A stretch of 64,000 nucleotides of DNA from a virus. Lineage: Duplodnaviria > Caudoviricetes. The position numbers and the translations under genes are program-made. The stretch lies in IMG/VR virus record IMGVR_UViG_2898545487_000004, positions 879 to 64,878 of that record; one strand, 5' to 3'. Positions 37,100 to 46,051 of this stretch are shown here, piece after piece. The notes under the pieces were generated by a model. That model did no database searches and had not been told where the DNA came from. It saw nothing but the letters and a program-made list of their open reading frames with translations. The number at the start of each line of letters is the position of its first letter. Position 1 is the first letter of the stretch.

Positions 37100-38109
37100 T
37101 GGTGGATGTTCGCGAGTGCGTCCCGCGCCGCCGCTATGCTTCGCCCGAGTTGGAACAACGTCGAACCGCCGAGCGCGGTGCCGGGCTTCGCATTATAAGC
37201 GTCGACCGCTGCAAGGACTGCAGTCGCGTCGCGATCCAATATCCTGATGGCGTCAGCCAGCATTCGCCGCTTCTCAATAGCGACATTGTTCGCGGCGAGC
37301 AGTTCGGTGACGCGGGCGTTGTGTATCTGGTCGAACGTCAATGCGACGTCCAGCGTCTGAAGGGCAGGTCCCGACGCCCAATCGTAATCTTCGTAGAACG
37401 TCCCCTCGCGAATGCGTCGAACGACTTCATGCAACGAGGTATATTCAGACGGATTCTGAGAAAGACCGAGACGCCGATACGCCGCACAAACCGCCTTCGC
37501 CTGCGTGATCGCATCGTCGAGTGCATTGTGAAACGTGCCGGTCGCGAAGTCTTCCAAGCACTTGCGCGGGTCCATGCCCGCCGCCTCGAAAATGGTCCGC
37601 GTGTCGCGCGGCGCGCGATAATGCCACGGCGCCGGCAGGTCGACGGCATGGTAGGCTGCTTCGAGGATCGACACGTCGAACGATGGACCGTGCGCCCAGA
37701 TGCGGATGTTCCAGGGGCCGACGAATTTCACATCGTCACCCTCGTAATCGGCGCCGACCAATCCGCAGAGCCATTCAGCGAACCGCGACAGACCGTAGGC
37801 GAGATCGACCGGATCGTTGAACGCAGCCTTCGCATTATCACCCTGGTCGTTCCACCATTGGACGGTCTCGGGGTCGCGGGTCATGGGGTATCGGCGATCC
37901 TTCTCGCTTTTCGCAAGATGGGTTTCGAAAATCCCGTTGCGCCAGCGACCTTTGGGATTGTCGACCGCCACGTGGAAGAACCCCGGTTTGTCGGGCGACC
38001 CAATCTGCCCCGTCTTCGGATCGAACACCGTCGCGCCGATGCTACGCAGGTCGCAGCCGGCTCGCTTGCCCCATGTCTCGAGGTCGACCATGACGTGCAG
38101 CGCGGTCAC
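37096..38109 (-). CDS. DEDDh 3'-5' exonuclease (RNase T/DUF5051-like) with C-terminal extension
   Basis: MVDLETWG, WAHGPSFD, RDTRT, HNALDDA. Confidence 0.85.
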   Translation of the reverse strand: MTALHVMVDLETWGKRAGCDLRSIGATVFDPKTGQIGSPDKPGFFHVAVDNPKGRWRNGIFETHLAKSEKDRRYPMTRDPETVQWWNDQGDNAKAAFNDPVDLAYGLSRFAEWLCGLVGADYEGDDVKFVGPWNIRIWAHGPSFDVSILEAAYHAVDLPAPWHYRAPRDTRTIFEAAGMDPRKCLEDFATGTFHNALDDAITQAKAVCAAYRRLGLSQNPSEYTSLHEVVRRIREGTFYEDYDWASGPALQTLDVALTFDQIHNARVTELLAANNVAIEKRRMLADAIRILDRDATAVLAAVDAYNAKPGTALGGSTLFQLGRSIAAARDALANIHQ

Positions 38110-38396
38110 GACTGCACCTCCACCACATTGAACACAGGCGCATCAATCGAACCGCCCGCATCCTGAATCGTCACACCATCGGCAGTCCTTCGCACGATAA
38201 AACCTCGCGAGTCGGCCCAATCGACCAGTTCGTTCGCGAAGCGCGTCTTGCCGCACCCTTGCGGGCCGCTGAGCAGCACGTCGATGTGCAGCACGTCGAG
38301 TTTCACCGGTAGCGGTTTCGGAAGCCGAGGCGGCTGGCGCGGGGAGGCATCAGACACAGATAGCGACGCCGCATGGCCGACGACGAACCCCGTCAC
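38106..38396 (-). CDS. Small hypothetical protein with P-loop-like motif
   Basis: LSGPQGCGKTRF; GTG start overlaps the upstream stop. Confidence 0.5.
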   Translation of the reverse strand: MTGFVVGHAASLSVSDASPRQPPRLPKPLPVKLDVLHIDVLLSGPQGCGKTRFANELVDWADSRGFIVRRTADGVTIQDAGGSIDAPVFNVVEVQS

Positions 38397-38754
38397 GACA
38401 CCATCTCCAATCCCGACACATTGATCGTGATCGACTCGAAATCCCGCCCGCGCGGGTTCGGCGTCAACGATCGCACGATGCGCCGGCCTTCCATGATCGT
38501 CACGCGATGCCCTTCGAGCGATGCGGTGACGCCGATCTGATGGGCGACATGGTGTGCCGCAGCGAGATCCGCGGTAGTGATGTCGATGATCATCTGCGGG
38601 GTTCCTTCTCGAATTTGACGGTGATGCGCGCGTCCTGCTGCGCGTCGATTGCGGACTGGCGGTAACCGCCCCTCTGCAGGACAAGATCGACCATGCCGGC
38701 GATCTGCGACTGCGCGGCCTTGTCGGCGATGCTGTGGAGGGTGACTTGGATCAT
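38393..38754 (-). CDS. Two small coupled hypothetical genes (38590..38754 and 38393..38593)
   Basis: ATGA overlaps; MIQVTLHSIADK... and MIIDITTADL... Confidence 0.55.
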
Positions 38755-39317
38755 GGTTGAAGTTCCGCGAAGCGCGCAGCAAACCGTGTTTTCGCCGCGC
38801 TAGGGACCAGACATTCAACAGTCACATCGGCAGGCTCACCCTCGATCTGCCAGGGTGCGGGTGGCGATCCCATGATCTGCTGCGCCTCGGCAAGCAGAAC
38901 GGCGTTGTCCGCTTCCTTGATCGACGGATGCAATTCCTCGGGCACACCGAAGCGTTCGGCGATGACGCGCCAGAGCACGTCTTCCATTTCGTGATAACCG
39001 CCGAGATATTTCTTGATCGGCCGCGGCACGTCGACGAGGTATGCCTCGGTTGCATCGTGCAGCAACGCTTGCAGCGCATGTTCAGGCGGCACGACGAGCG
39101 AGACGAGAACGCTGTGCTCGGCGACGCTATAGAACCGCGAGCAGTGGCCGGCATACCGGCACATGTTCGACAAGGCATGAGCGATGTCGACGATTAGCAC
39201 CTCGCCTGGTCGCGGGTCGAGCGGCCAGAACTGGACGCTCGAATAGGTCTGCATCCAATTGCCACGGCGCGTCTCGCCTTCGGCGCGATTATCATATGTT
39301 TCGCTGACGTTCGTCAT
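38751..39317 (-). CDS. HD-domain phosphohydrolase (YfbR-like nucleotidase)
   Basis: DIAHALSNMCRYAGH...YSVAEHS...LLHDATEAY. Confidence 0.9.
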   Translation of the reverse strand: MTNVSETYDNRAEGETRRGNWMQTYSSVQFWPLDPRPGEVLIVDIAHALSNMCRYAGHCSRFYSVAEHSVLVSLVVPPEHALQALLHDATEAYLVDVPRPIKKYLGGYHEMEDVLWRVIAERFGVPEELHPSIKEADNAVLLAEAQQIMGSPPAPWQIEGEPADVTVECLVPSAAKTRFAARFAELQP

Positions 39318-39724
39318 CCTATCAAATCCTCCAATTCCGGCGCCGCACTCACAGGCGCGCCGATCAAATCGTCGAGATCCACGGCGGTGACCGCCGATCC
39401 ATCCAGCAGCGCGCGATGCGCAACTGAGACAGCAAAACCTTCTGCGAGAGCCGCGTCGAAACAGGCCAGAACAGCGTCGATCACACCGCGACCTTGGCCG
39501 CGCGCGACGACGATCCGCTGGTAGTTGTCGGGACCGCTGCGGCGCAGGGTGAACGCCATGCAGCGATATCCCCTCCCCTCGCGTTCGATGTCGTCGAAGT
39601 AGAGGCCCTGCTGGCCGCAGCTGGCGTGGAAGTCCGACCATCCCTGCACCTTGCGCGCGGCCTCGATCTGTGGATCGGATTTCCACATAGTGACGTTGCG
39701 GGATTTATGGATCTGGTCGGCCAT
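39314..39724 (-). CDS. Hypothetical protein
   Basis: 136 aa; ends with two DLIG motifs. Confidence 0.7.
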   Translation of the reverse strand: MADQIHKSRNVTMWKSDPQIEAARKVQGWSDFHASCGQQGLYFDDIEREGRGYRCMAFTLRRSGPDNYQRIVVARGQGRGVIDAVLACFDAALAEGFAVSVAHRALLDGSAVTAVDLDDLIGAPVSAAPELEDLIG

Positions 39725-39729
39725 TGTGG

Positions 39730-40068
39730 TTACAGGGCGACGAAGCGCCGCGGTCCGGTGATCACGGTTTTGCGATATGCGGGATTGTCCGACTTGGACG
39801 GACGCACCACTAGGGAGCGCGCCATGCGAGCCTTCGGCAGCATACGCCGAACATGATCGGTTGCCTCGATCTCGATTTCCGCGACGGTCTTGCGCAGTGC
39901 GGGCAGCACGTTCGCCTGTGCAACGGCGATGAGGGCTTTTTGTCCCGAAATCGCTGCGCCGATGCGCCGATTGGCGATCGGCGTGAAGCCCTCGACCCGA
40001 TCAAGCTGCCGCTCGCGACGTTCCTTCATGCGACGGCGATGCGTGTCGCGACGTTCCGATTTTTCCAT
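39730..40068 (-). CDS. Basic hypothetical protein
   Basis: MEKSERRDTHRRRMKERR...; first gene after an operator pair. Confidence 0.65.
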   Translation of the reverse strand: MEKSERRDTHRRRMKERRERQLDRVEGFTPIANRRIGAAISGQKALIAVAQANVLPALRKTVAEIEIEATDHVRRMLPKARMARSLVVRPSKSDNPAYRKTVITGPRRFVAL

Positions 40069-40096
40069 GTTCCGAGTCCCTTCGAAAATTGACAAC

Positions 40097-40151
40097 TCAC
40101 TTATGACGTGATTCTTGCAGGAGGCAAGACATTTTATCACGTTTGACGTGA
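40097..40151 (-). promoter_or_regulatory. Operator pair bracketing a leftward promoter
   Basis: TCACTTATGACGTGA (40097-40111) and TCACGTTTGACGTGA (40137-40151), 40 bp apart. Confidence 0.8.
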
Positions 40152-40167
40152 TTAAGGGCGACGGTTG

Positions 40168-40458
40168 CTATTGGCAGTTCATCCAGCGATCAGCGGTGGC
40201 CGCATCTCTGAACGGTAACCAAACCCCGGATCGGTTGTGGAGGAAGTAGTTCCACCCGGCGCATCCTGGCAACAACTTGCACCGGCAGCGACGATTGTGG
40301 AGGCTGTAATCAGGACCGACCTTCGCGATCAGCATCTCGATATTCAGGATGCGTTCGCACTGGCAGCGGTTGCACTCCACCTTGGCGCCGACTCCGTTAC
40401 GGAGCATGTCGCCCAGGGTTGGTCGATAGAATCGGTTGAAGCCGCTGCGGTCTGCCAT
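40168..40458 (-). CDS. Cys-rich (Zn-binding-like) hypothetical protein with upstream SOS box
   Basis: ECNRC...RCRC...GC; stand-alone gene between operons. Confidence 0.72.
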   Translation of the reverse strand: MADRSGFNRFYRPTLGDMLRNGVGAKVECNRCQCERILNIEMLIAKVGPDYSLHNRRCRCKLLPGCAGWNYFLHNRSGVWLPFRDAATADRWMNCQ

Positions 40459-40473
40459 GCGGCGGCGGTATTA

Positions 40474-40489
40474 TGTTCCGGTTATGTTC
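40474..40489 (-). promoter_or_regulatory. Alphaproteobacterial LexA (SOS) box
   Basis: Minus strand GAACA-TAACCG-GAACA, 16-31 nt upstream of ATG 40458. Confidence 0.78.
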
Positions 40490-40616
40490 TCAACGGGTTT
40501 GGGTTTGCCTGTCCGCCGACGATTGCGCTCATCCTCACACCGAACGATGTGGCGCGCGACGCGATGGAGATCGTAACTCGAATAGCGGCAATATGGACAG
40601 CGATGGGCGGCGTGCA

Positions 40617-41039
40617 TCAAGTTAACTCGATCTCATCGCCGCATGGCCCGTACAGCGTCCAAGCGCGCAGCCGCCATATCTGCAGGCCCGCGATGTAAGC
40701 CTTCTGCAGCATGTCGGCCGTTCCAGGTCCGCCGTCGGTCCCGAGAATTCTCGCGGCACCGCGCGTCAGCAACTGCGAGTTTCGCTTAAACCCCGCGAGC
40801 GCGTTGTACTCGCGCCCCGAGCGATCATATTTCACGCGACATGGCGGACTCATATCGTTCCAGTCGGCGGGCAGTGGGTCACGCGCTACACCTTCCCGCT
40901 TTGCCCACTGGTCGGCGATGCGATCAGCGCCTGTCAGGCAATCGCCATGGATGATCAGCGTCGGACGCAGATAGTCCAGTGCTGCGTGCAGCTGCGCGAC
41001 GCCGTTGAACGCGCGCCCTCCTGTGACGATCAGTTTCAT
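40617..41039 (-). CDS. DUF2493 / SLOG-family protein
   Basis: LIVTGGR, IIHGDCLTGAD, AGFKRNSQL, GGPGTADM. Confidence 0.85.
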   Translation of the reverse strand: MKLIVTGGRAFNGVAQLHAALDYLRPTLIIHGDCLTGADRIADQWAKREGVARDPLPADWNDMSPPCRVKYDRSGREYNALAGFKRNSQLLTRGAARILGTDGGPGTADMLQKAYIAGLQIWRLRAWTLYGPCGDEIELT

Positions 41040-41734
41040 GTCAGGTATCCCGCAGCTGCACCGCCACCCCGTAACCCGCGATTCAACGACACGCGGTCGC
41101 CGGCAGCAACACCGTCACGATATCCGCGATCCAGGTCGCGCGAGCCCCGCGCCCTCCCGTTCCGCAGCCGATGACCAGCGTCCTCCATGGCCTGCTTCAC
41201 GAGCGCGTCGTGCAGCACGATCAATCCTTTCCCCGTCGGCGCCGTCGGTTTCATCGCGCGGATGCGTGACGCGAGACGGTCGGACATGCCGTCGAGGAAC
41301 GGTCGCACGCGACGCCTGGCTTGCGGCGTCCAGATCCCGACGTAAGACGGCGACGGTGCCGCGCGTCGCATCGCTGCGGCGCATATCTCGAGCATGTATT
41401 TCGCGACTTCGACTTCATGGTCGAACCCGAAGAACGAAACGGACGGGATTTCTCCGGGACGATTCGCCCACGACTGCGCGCCGGTCAGCGTCGCCACCGC
41501 CTCGCCGATCTTCCATAGTTGCTCGCCGACCGGATCATCGTGACGCTCGCGGTGCTCCGTGAACGGCGAGGCGCGCATCTCGGCTTCGTCGAGCGTCATG
41601 TTATATTTGGCGAGCAGCCGGGCGAGTGCTTCGGCCGCTGCAAGTGCCTCTGCCTCGGTGCAGCCATTCTCGACGGTCTTTGCGGCCAGCGCGCGGATGC
41701 GACCGGATATGGTGGCGCGGTTAGCCTGCGACAT
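41036..41734 (-). CDS. DUF2786-domain protein
   Basis: RIRALAAKTVENGCTEAEALAAAEALARLLAKYN. Confidence 0.82.
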   Translation of the reverse strand: MSQANRATISGRIRALAAKTVENGCTEAEALAAAEALARLLAKYNMTLDEAEMRASPFTEHRERHDDPVGEQLWKIGEAVATLTGAQSWANRPGEIPSVSFFGFDHEVEVAKYMLEICAAAMRRAAPSPSYVGIWTPQARRRVRPFLDGMSDRLASRIRAMKPTAPTGKGLIVLHDALVKQAMEDAGHRLRNGRARGSRDLDRGYRDGVAAGDRVSLNRGLRGGGAAAGYLT

Positions 41735-42533
41735 GCTGCACCTTGGCGATGGCGCTTTCGGCTATGGCCCTCACGGTCAGGCAAAGGTCCTGCGCCGTAT
41801 GCGCGTTCGCCGAATTGGGCGTCAGCTTCGCGAGACGGTCAAGTGCCTCCCGCAGTTCGGCCGTGGCGGCTTCGCGGTGGGCTGAGATGGCTAGGGTGGC
41901 GGCGAGCATCGTAGGATTGGCGAGAATGGTCCGGGCGCACATTACGTCCGCCTCCGTCACGGTCGGCTGGTTAAGGTTGGTCATGGTCTCGTCCTTTCCA
42001 CAAACAGAGCAGGGATTGTTCTCGCCCTCGGGCCGATCCTCGCAGGCTATGCAGGAAATGCTACGCATTGCTCCCTCCTTCCGGTTCGGGGAGGTGGTCG
42101 AAGCTAGAGTCGGCATCGCACCATTCACCGACGTAATCCGCCGCAAGTCTCGTCGTCCGCTCTATCGCGGCGATGGCGGACTGAACACCGTACCAACCAT
42201 CATGACCACCGTTTATGATGGCTCGACCAACTTCGTCTTTGCTGTGCGCTGGCAACACGCTGGCAGCGATCTCCCGCGCCATCGCGAGAACCTTGGGATG
42301 GGTCATTGCTGTTGCTCCTGTAGGTAGGCGCGGACGGCGAGGCCCCGCTTGAGCAGTGGATTACCGATCTTCTTTCCGCAAAGGCCCATGTCAACGAGCC
42401 GACGGCGAACGTCATGGCGTGTTCCCCTGCGCATGAACCATTCGCCTAACACGCCGCTCTGCCATGCTCCCTCAATCGCTTTCCGCTGGGCTGGGCTAAG
42501 CCCCCGTGCGATCCTCTCCACCTCACCCGACAT
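41721..42533 (-). CDS. Three small coupled hypothetical genes (42303..42533, 42061..42306, 41721..42068)
   Basis: Tight start/stop overlaps on the coding strand. Confidence 0.6.
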
Positions 42534-42891
42534 GCGCGCCTCCTGTCCACCGATACCCGCGACGCCAGACGGTCTCGAACGGCACGGCGATCCCCTCGCC
42601 CGCCAATATTTCCCTGATCCGGTGGATCTGGATTCGCACCGCGGCAGAGACGTCTTCCGCATCAGAATGCCGCGCGCCCAACGTCTCCGACGACACGATG
42701 CGTCCGACATCCTTCGCGAGCGAGTGCAGGATTCCGACCTGCGTTTCGGTCAGCCCTTCGATCAGTTTGCCTCGGCATGTGACGCCGTCGCGCGGGTCGA
42801 TCACCCAATCGTCGACGACGAGCACTTCGTCTTTGCGTAGGTCATAGCCGCAGTTCGGGCAGAAGGGAGGGATGGTGTAGTGGGGTCGCAT
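42523..42891 (-). CDS. Receiver-less OmpR/PhoB (CtrA-like) winged-helix DNA-binding protein with N-terminal CxxC
   Basis: LTETQVGILHSLA...VRIQIHRIRE...FETVWRRGY; CPNCG. Confidence 0.8.
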   Translation of the reverse strand: MRPHYTIPPFCPNCGYDLRKDEVLVVDDWVIDPRDGVTCRGKLIEGLTETQVGILHSLAKDVGRIVSSETLGARHSDAEDVSAAVRIQIHRIREILAGEGIAVPFETVWRRGYRWTGGAHVG

Positions 42892-42983
42892 GTCAGGCGT
42901 CCCGCGTCCAACGACCGGCGTCGTGCAGCGCGCAGTTCGGGTCTTCTCCGAAGACTTCGCCGCAAGTGCAGGTCGGCTTCACC

Positions 42984-43424
42984 TCACCCACGATCATTCT
43001 CCCCGGACAGCAGGGCATCGAGACCGGCGCGGATTTGCGCGATCGTTCCATTTGCTTGCTGCGTTGCGATGCCGAGCGCATCCTCGGGCGTGTCGGCGTT
43101 CACGATGAATTGCAGGACACTGCCCCGATCACCGATGCCCTCGAATTCAATCCATGCGGCGTAACGATCGCTGGTCATGGAGGGGTGGCAATAGATTTTC
43201 GCGGGGCCTTTCTCGACGCGATAATGCCAGCCGCTGTTTTCCCAAACGTGAGGTTTCCAGCCATCGCCCATTCGGGCGGCAAGCGCGGCGCAGTTACGGG
43301 TCGCGACGTCGAACGCCATCTTGCTGCATTTGTGTCCGCAGCGAGGCGAGCAATACACGGTTCCGTCATCGCTCAAGACCGGCGTCCATCCGTCCGAGCG
43401 GACCTTTTCCATCGTGGTAGTCAC
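42984..43424 (-). CDS. Hypothetical protein
   Basis: YCSPRCGHKC...WKPHVWENSGWHY. Confidence 0.7.
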   Translation of the reverse strand: MTTTMEKVRSDGWTPVLSDDGTVYCSPRCGHKCSKMAFDVATRNCAALAARMGDGWKPHVWENSGWHYRVEKGPAKIYCHPSMTSDRYAAWIEFEGIGDRGSVLQFIVNADTPEDALGIATQQANGTIAQIRAGLDALLSGENDRG

Positions 43425-44191
43425 CGATCATTCTCCCCGGTTGATTGAGCGCGGAGGGCGGCGTCGATCGCATCGAGCGCGGATTGCGACATGCCGATCC
43501 AGTCAGCGTCGCGGTGCTCCTTTGCGTCGTTCAGGTCGGCCTCAATGATGCCGCGCGCGATCGATAATCCGTCGACCGCCTCCCGCAGCCGCTCGGTCTG
43601 TGACTGGTCGGTGGTGAGGGCGGCGAGAGGCGTTGCGACATACCGATTGCGTCGAGGATCAGCGGTGATGTCGTAAACCGACGAACAGCGAGCAGTGCGG
43701 GTTTGAAACACGCCCTTGTCTCCCGGCGTCCACCCTTCCGCTTTGTAGATCGCTGCGATGAGGTCGTCGGCGACCGCTCGTTCAATGACGCGGCGCTGCA
43801 CCGCCCCGCCTTGCTCGATAGCTGCACCGGATGCAGAAGCGCGGTCGGCCGCGTAAAATGCAGGCATTAGAGCCGGGATTGCGTCGATGATCTCGTCAAC
43901 CTTGTTGGCGGCCGCTTCAATCGCGGAGATACCAGCACCCGTGCGCAATGCTTCATCGTGCTCGATGCGCAGCCGGGTCAGTTTGGAAATTTCACCAAAC
44001 AGAGCCGCCATTTCGACGGACATGTGCTTACCCGCCCCACTCTCCCGCTCGGCATTGCCTGATTGCGAGAGGCGGTGGCGGAACCGGTCGCACATTATAT
44101 CGAACACTTCCTGCGCAGTGCGGCTTTCGATGCCGATGATCGGGCGCAAAATGTCAGCCTGCGTCGGCTTTAGCTGGCTATCGGGGGTCAT
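43421..44191 (-). CDS. Hypothetical protein
   Basis: 256 aa mosaic-looking ORF with coupled ends. Confidence 0.65.
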   Translation of the reverse strand: MTPDSQLKPTQADILRPIIGIESRTAQEVFDIMCDRFRHRLSQSGNAERESGAGKHMSVEMAALFGEISKLTRLRIEHDEALRTGAGISAIEAAANKVDEIIDAIPALMPAFYAADRASASGAAIEQGGAVQRRVIERAVADDLIAAIYKAEGWTPGDKGVFQTRTARCSSVYDITADPRRNRYVATPLAALTTDQSQTERLREAVDGLSIARGIIEADLNDAKEHRDADWIGMSQSALDAIDAALRAQSTGENDR

Positions 44192-45009
44192 ATCCGTTCC
44201 CCATCGATATCAACTTCAACGAGCGGTACCGCGACTTCCTTGTGGCAAATTTTCTCGGGGTACTGCCCGCCGAAGTGGACGGCGAAATTCTCGTCGAGCC
44301 GCACGCGACATTCGAGATAATGTCGCGGATTGCTGACGAATTGATGCGTGTGACGTGGCGTCGGTGAGAAATTCAGCCCGCCGCCAACGCTGCATTCTTC
44401 CTTTCTGCCGTTCCACTGATGGTCGATCGGCGTCGAACCAGGCTCGTAGGTCGTGCCCCATTTGGAACGATACCCCTCGCCGACCGCCTTGTAGACGATC
44501 GCGCAGCCATCTTCGACGCGGACACCGTAGAAGTCGCACCAGTCTTGTGGCGTTTCGAGTTTGATCTGAAACTGCAGACCACCTTCGATTTTCGCATTTC
44601 CCTGAACACGAATGATGACGTTCGCTGCGGCCTTGCCGGTGAGACGGTCGCCGCGGGTGAACACATAGGAGAACCCGTTAGCATCCAAGCACGGCGCGCT
44701 GGTCCCCCTCGTCACGATGCGGGGCGCGCTGGTCTCCCACGTCTCGATGCACGGCGCGCTGGTCTCCCACGTCTCGATGCACGGCGCGCTGGTCCCCCTC
44801 GTCACGATGCGGGGCGCGCTGGTCCCCCTCGTCACGATGCACCCTTGCACGTCGGTGGTCGAGATTTCGACGTCCGCCGCCACTTGGATGTCCACACCCG
44901 TCAGGCTCACCAGAGCGAGAGCGAACGAACCGCCCACAATCCGAACCGGCTTACCAGCCTTGATCGCCTTTTCGGCAGCGGTTTTCGTTTTGACTTCAAC
45001 GCGTTCCAT
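44188..45009 (-). CDS. Hypothetical protein with 10-aa repeats (beta-solenoid-like)
   Basis: [C/R]I[V/E]T[R/W][G/E]TSAP x5; C-terminal YKAV...ECSVGGGLNFSPTP. Confidence 0.75.
   Translation of the reverse strand: MERVEVKTKTAAEKAIKAGKPVRIVGGSFALALVSLTGVDIQVAADVEISTTDVQGCIVTRGTSAPRIVTRGTSAPCIETWETSAPCIETWETSAPRIVTRGTSAPCLDANGFSYVFTRGDRLTGKAAANVIIRVQGNAKIEGGLQFQIKLETPQDWCDFYGVRVEDGCAIVYKAVGEGYRSKWGTTYEPGSTPIDHQWNGRKEECSVGGGLNFSPTPRHTHQFVSNPRHYLECRVRLDENFAVHFGGQYPEKICHKEVAVPLVEVDIDGERI
44689..44842. repeat. Five 30-bp tandem units with two alternating half-unit variants
   Basis: gc[ac|gg]ggcgcgctggt[ccccctcgtcacgat|ctcccacgtctcgat]. Confidence 0.95.
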
Positions 45010-45416
45010 TACACAAACTCCCACTCACAGGGCTCGCCAGGGCAAGCGCGAAAAAACGCCACGATCAGGTTCATCAGGGACGGCGCGCGCTGCGGCAGCT
45101 GCGACAATCCGGTGCCGAGCCCGTCGCGTGGCACGTAGACCGTCAGACCCCGCACCAGTGCGGCCGAGACCAGCGACAGGTCGAACGTCACGCTCTGCAG
45201 CGCCGCAATCGAACCCTCATGGTAGAAGTCGCCATCACCCATGCCTGGCGCGAACTTCGTCGCGATACCGATTGCGTTCGGCTCGCCGCGCATCGCCGCG
45301 GCCTGCCCGCCCATACCGACGCGCTGGCAGTTGTCGCCGAACACGAACCGCGCACCGGGCTCCGCGCGCAGCATGTCGCGCGTCACCCATTCCAAATATT
45401 TCACCTGGCCGACCAT
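45009..45416 (-). CDS. Conserved phage hypothetical protein
   Basis: FVFGDN...GMGGQAAAMRGEPNAIGIATK. Confidence 0.75.
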   Translation of the reverse strand: MVGQVKYLEWVTRDMLRAEPGARFVFGDNCQRVGMGGQAAAMRGEPNAIGIATKFAPGMGDGDFYHEGSIAALQSVTFDLSLVSAALVRGLTVYVPRDGLGTGLSQLPQRAPSLMNLIVAFFRACPGEPCEWEFV

Positions 45417-45440
45417 TTTCTCTGACGCCTCCACTACGAA

Positions 45441-45538
45441 TCACTTTTGACGTGATATTTCCCCGAGAAATATTTGTCAACTGAAACGTGTCATAACACG
45501 TTTCGCTTGCATCGTGCAAAGAATCACCTTATACGTGA
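45441..45538. promoter_or_regulatory. Divergent sigma70-like promoters, each with its -10 under an operator
   Basis: Leftward TTGACA (45480-45475)-17-TATCAC with operator 45441-45455; rightward TTGCAT (45507-45512)-17-TATACG with operator 45524-45538. Confidence 0.7.
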
Positions 45539-45541
45539 TTC

Positions 45542-45649
45542 GTTCGCTGATCCCGAGTTGATTGCACCGCCCTGCGATCCTCCATCCACGGTCGGCGAAC
45601 AGCACCGAACCCCGCAGCGTTTTCCTCCCCTGGCGCTGCGGGGTTTTTG
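45542..45649 (+). ncRNA. Candidate small RNA with anti-Shine-Dalgarno loops
   Basis: Promoter, about 108 nt without an ORF, CCTCCATCC and CCTCCCC motifs, intrinsic terminator. Confidence 0.5.
45609..45648 (+). terminator. Intrinsic terminator
   Basis: ACCCCGCAGCG-loop-CGCTGCGGGGT followed by TTTT. Confidence 0.85.
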
Positions 45650-45739
45650 GTGTGCGAACGGTCGGGTTTTTTGCTATTTCTCCGAGAGGTGTGTATTTCT
45701 CTGGCTTGTTATTTCTCTGGGGCGAGGGAGACATGTATC

Positions 45740-46051
45740 ATGCGTCGTTATTTCTCTGCTGTCGGCATGGTGGCGCTGTTGCTGGTGGCGGGTTGCGCGT
45801 CGGTCGGGACGAACTACAGTGCCGCCGCGGTTGACCAGTTGCGAGCCGGCATGTCGCGCGCTGAAGTAATATCGATCATGGGTGAGCCCACGTCCCGCGC
45901 CGTGCGACCCGATGGCCGATATGTTCTAGGCTGGTCCCATGCGCGCTCGAGCGCGTTCGGCGCCACGACTGCCAAGGCTATATTTTTGGGGTTTGACCCT
46001 GACGGGCGCTATACCGGCGCGCTGTCTGAATCGGAATCGGACTCAAAATGA
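45740..46051 (+). CDS. BamE/SmpA-like (Cor-like) lipoprotein
   Basis: Lipobox VAGC; GMSRAEVISIMGEP...FDPDGRY. Confidence 0.8.
   Translation: MRRYFSAVGMVALLLVAGCASVGTNYSAAAVDQLRAGMSRAEVISIMGEPTSRAVRPDGRYVLGWSHARSSAFGATTAKAIFLGFDPDGRYTGALSESESDSK

Noticed and set aside
36148-39317. Z-genome (2-aminoadenine) or 7-deazaguanine pathway suggested by the HD hydrolase, dNMP kinase and own polymerase
   Set aside because: No PurZ, MazZ, QueC/D/E, FolE or DpdA-like ORF recognised
33736-39330. DLIG endings as a pure artefact of GGAGGA Shine-Dalgarno plus ATGA overlap
   Set aside because: Explains at most about six endings; fails for TAG/TAA-ending uncoupled genes, internal duplicates and N-terminal copies. 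Retained only as a partial confounder.
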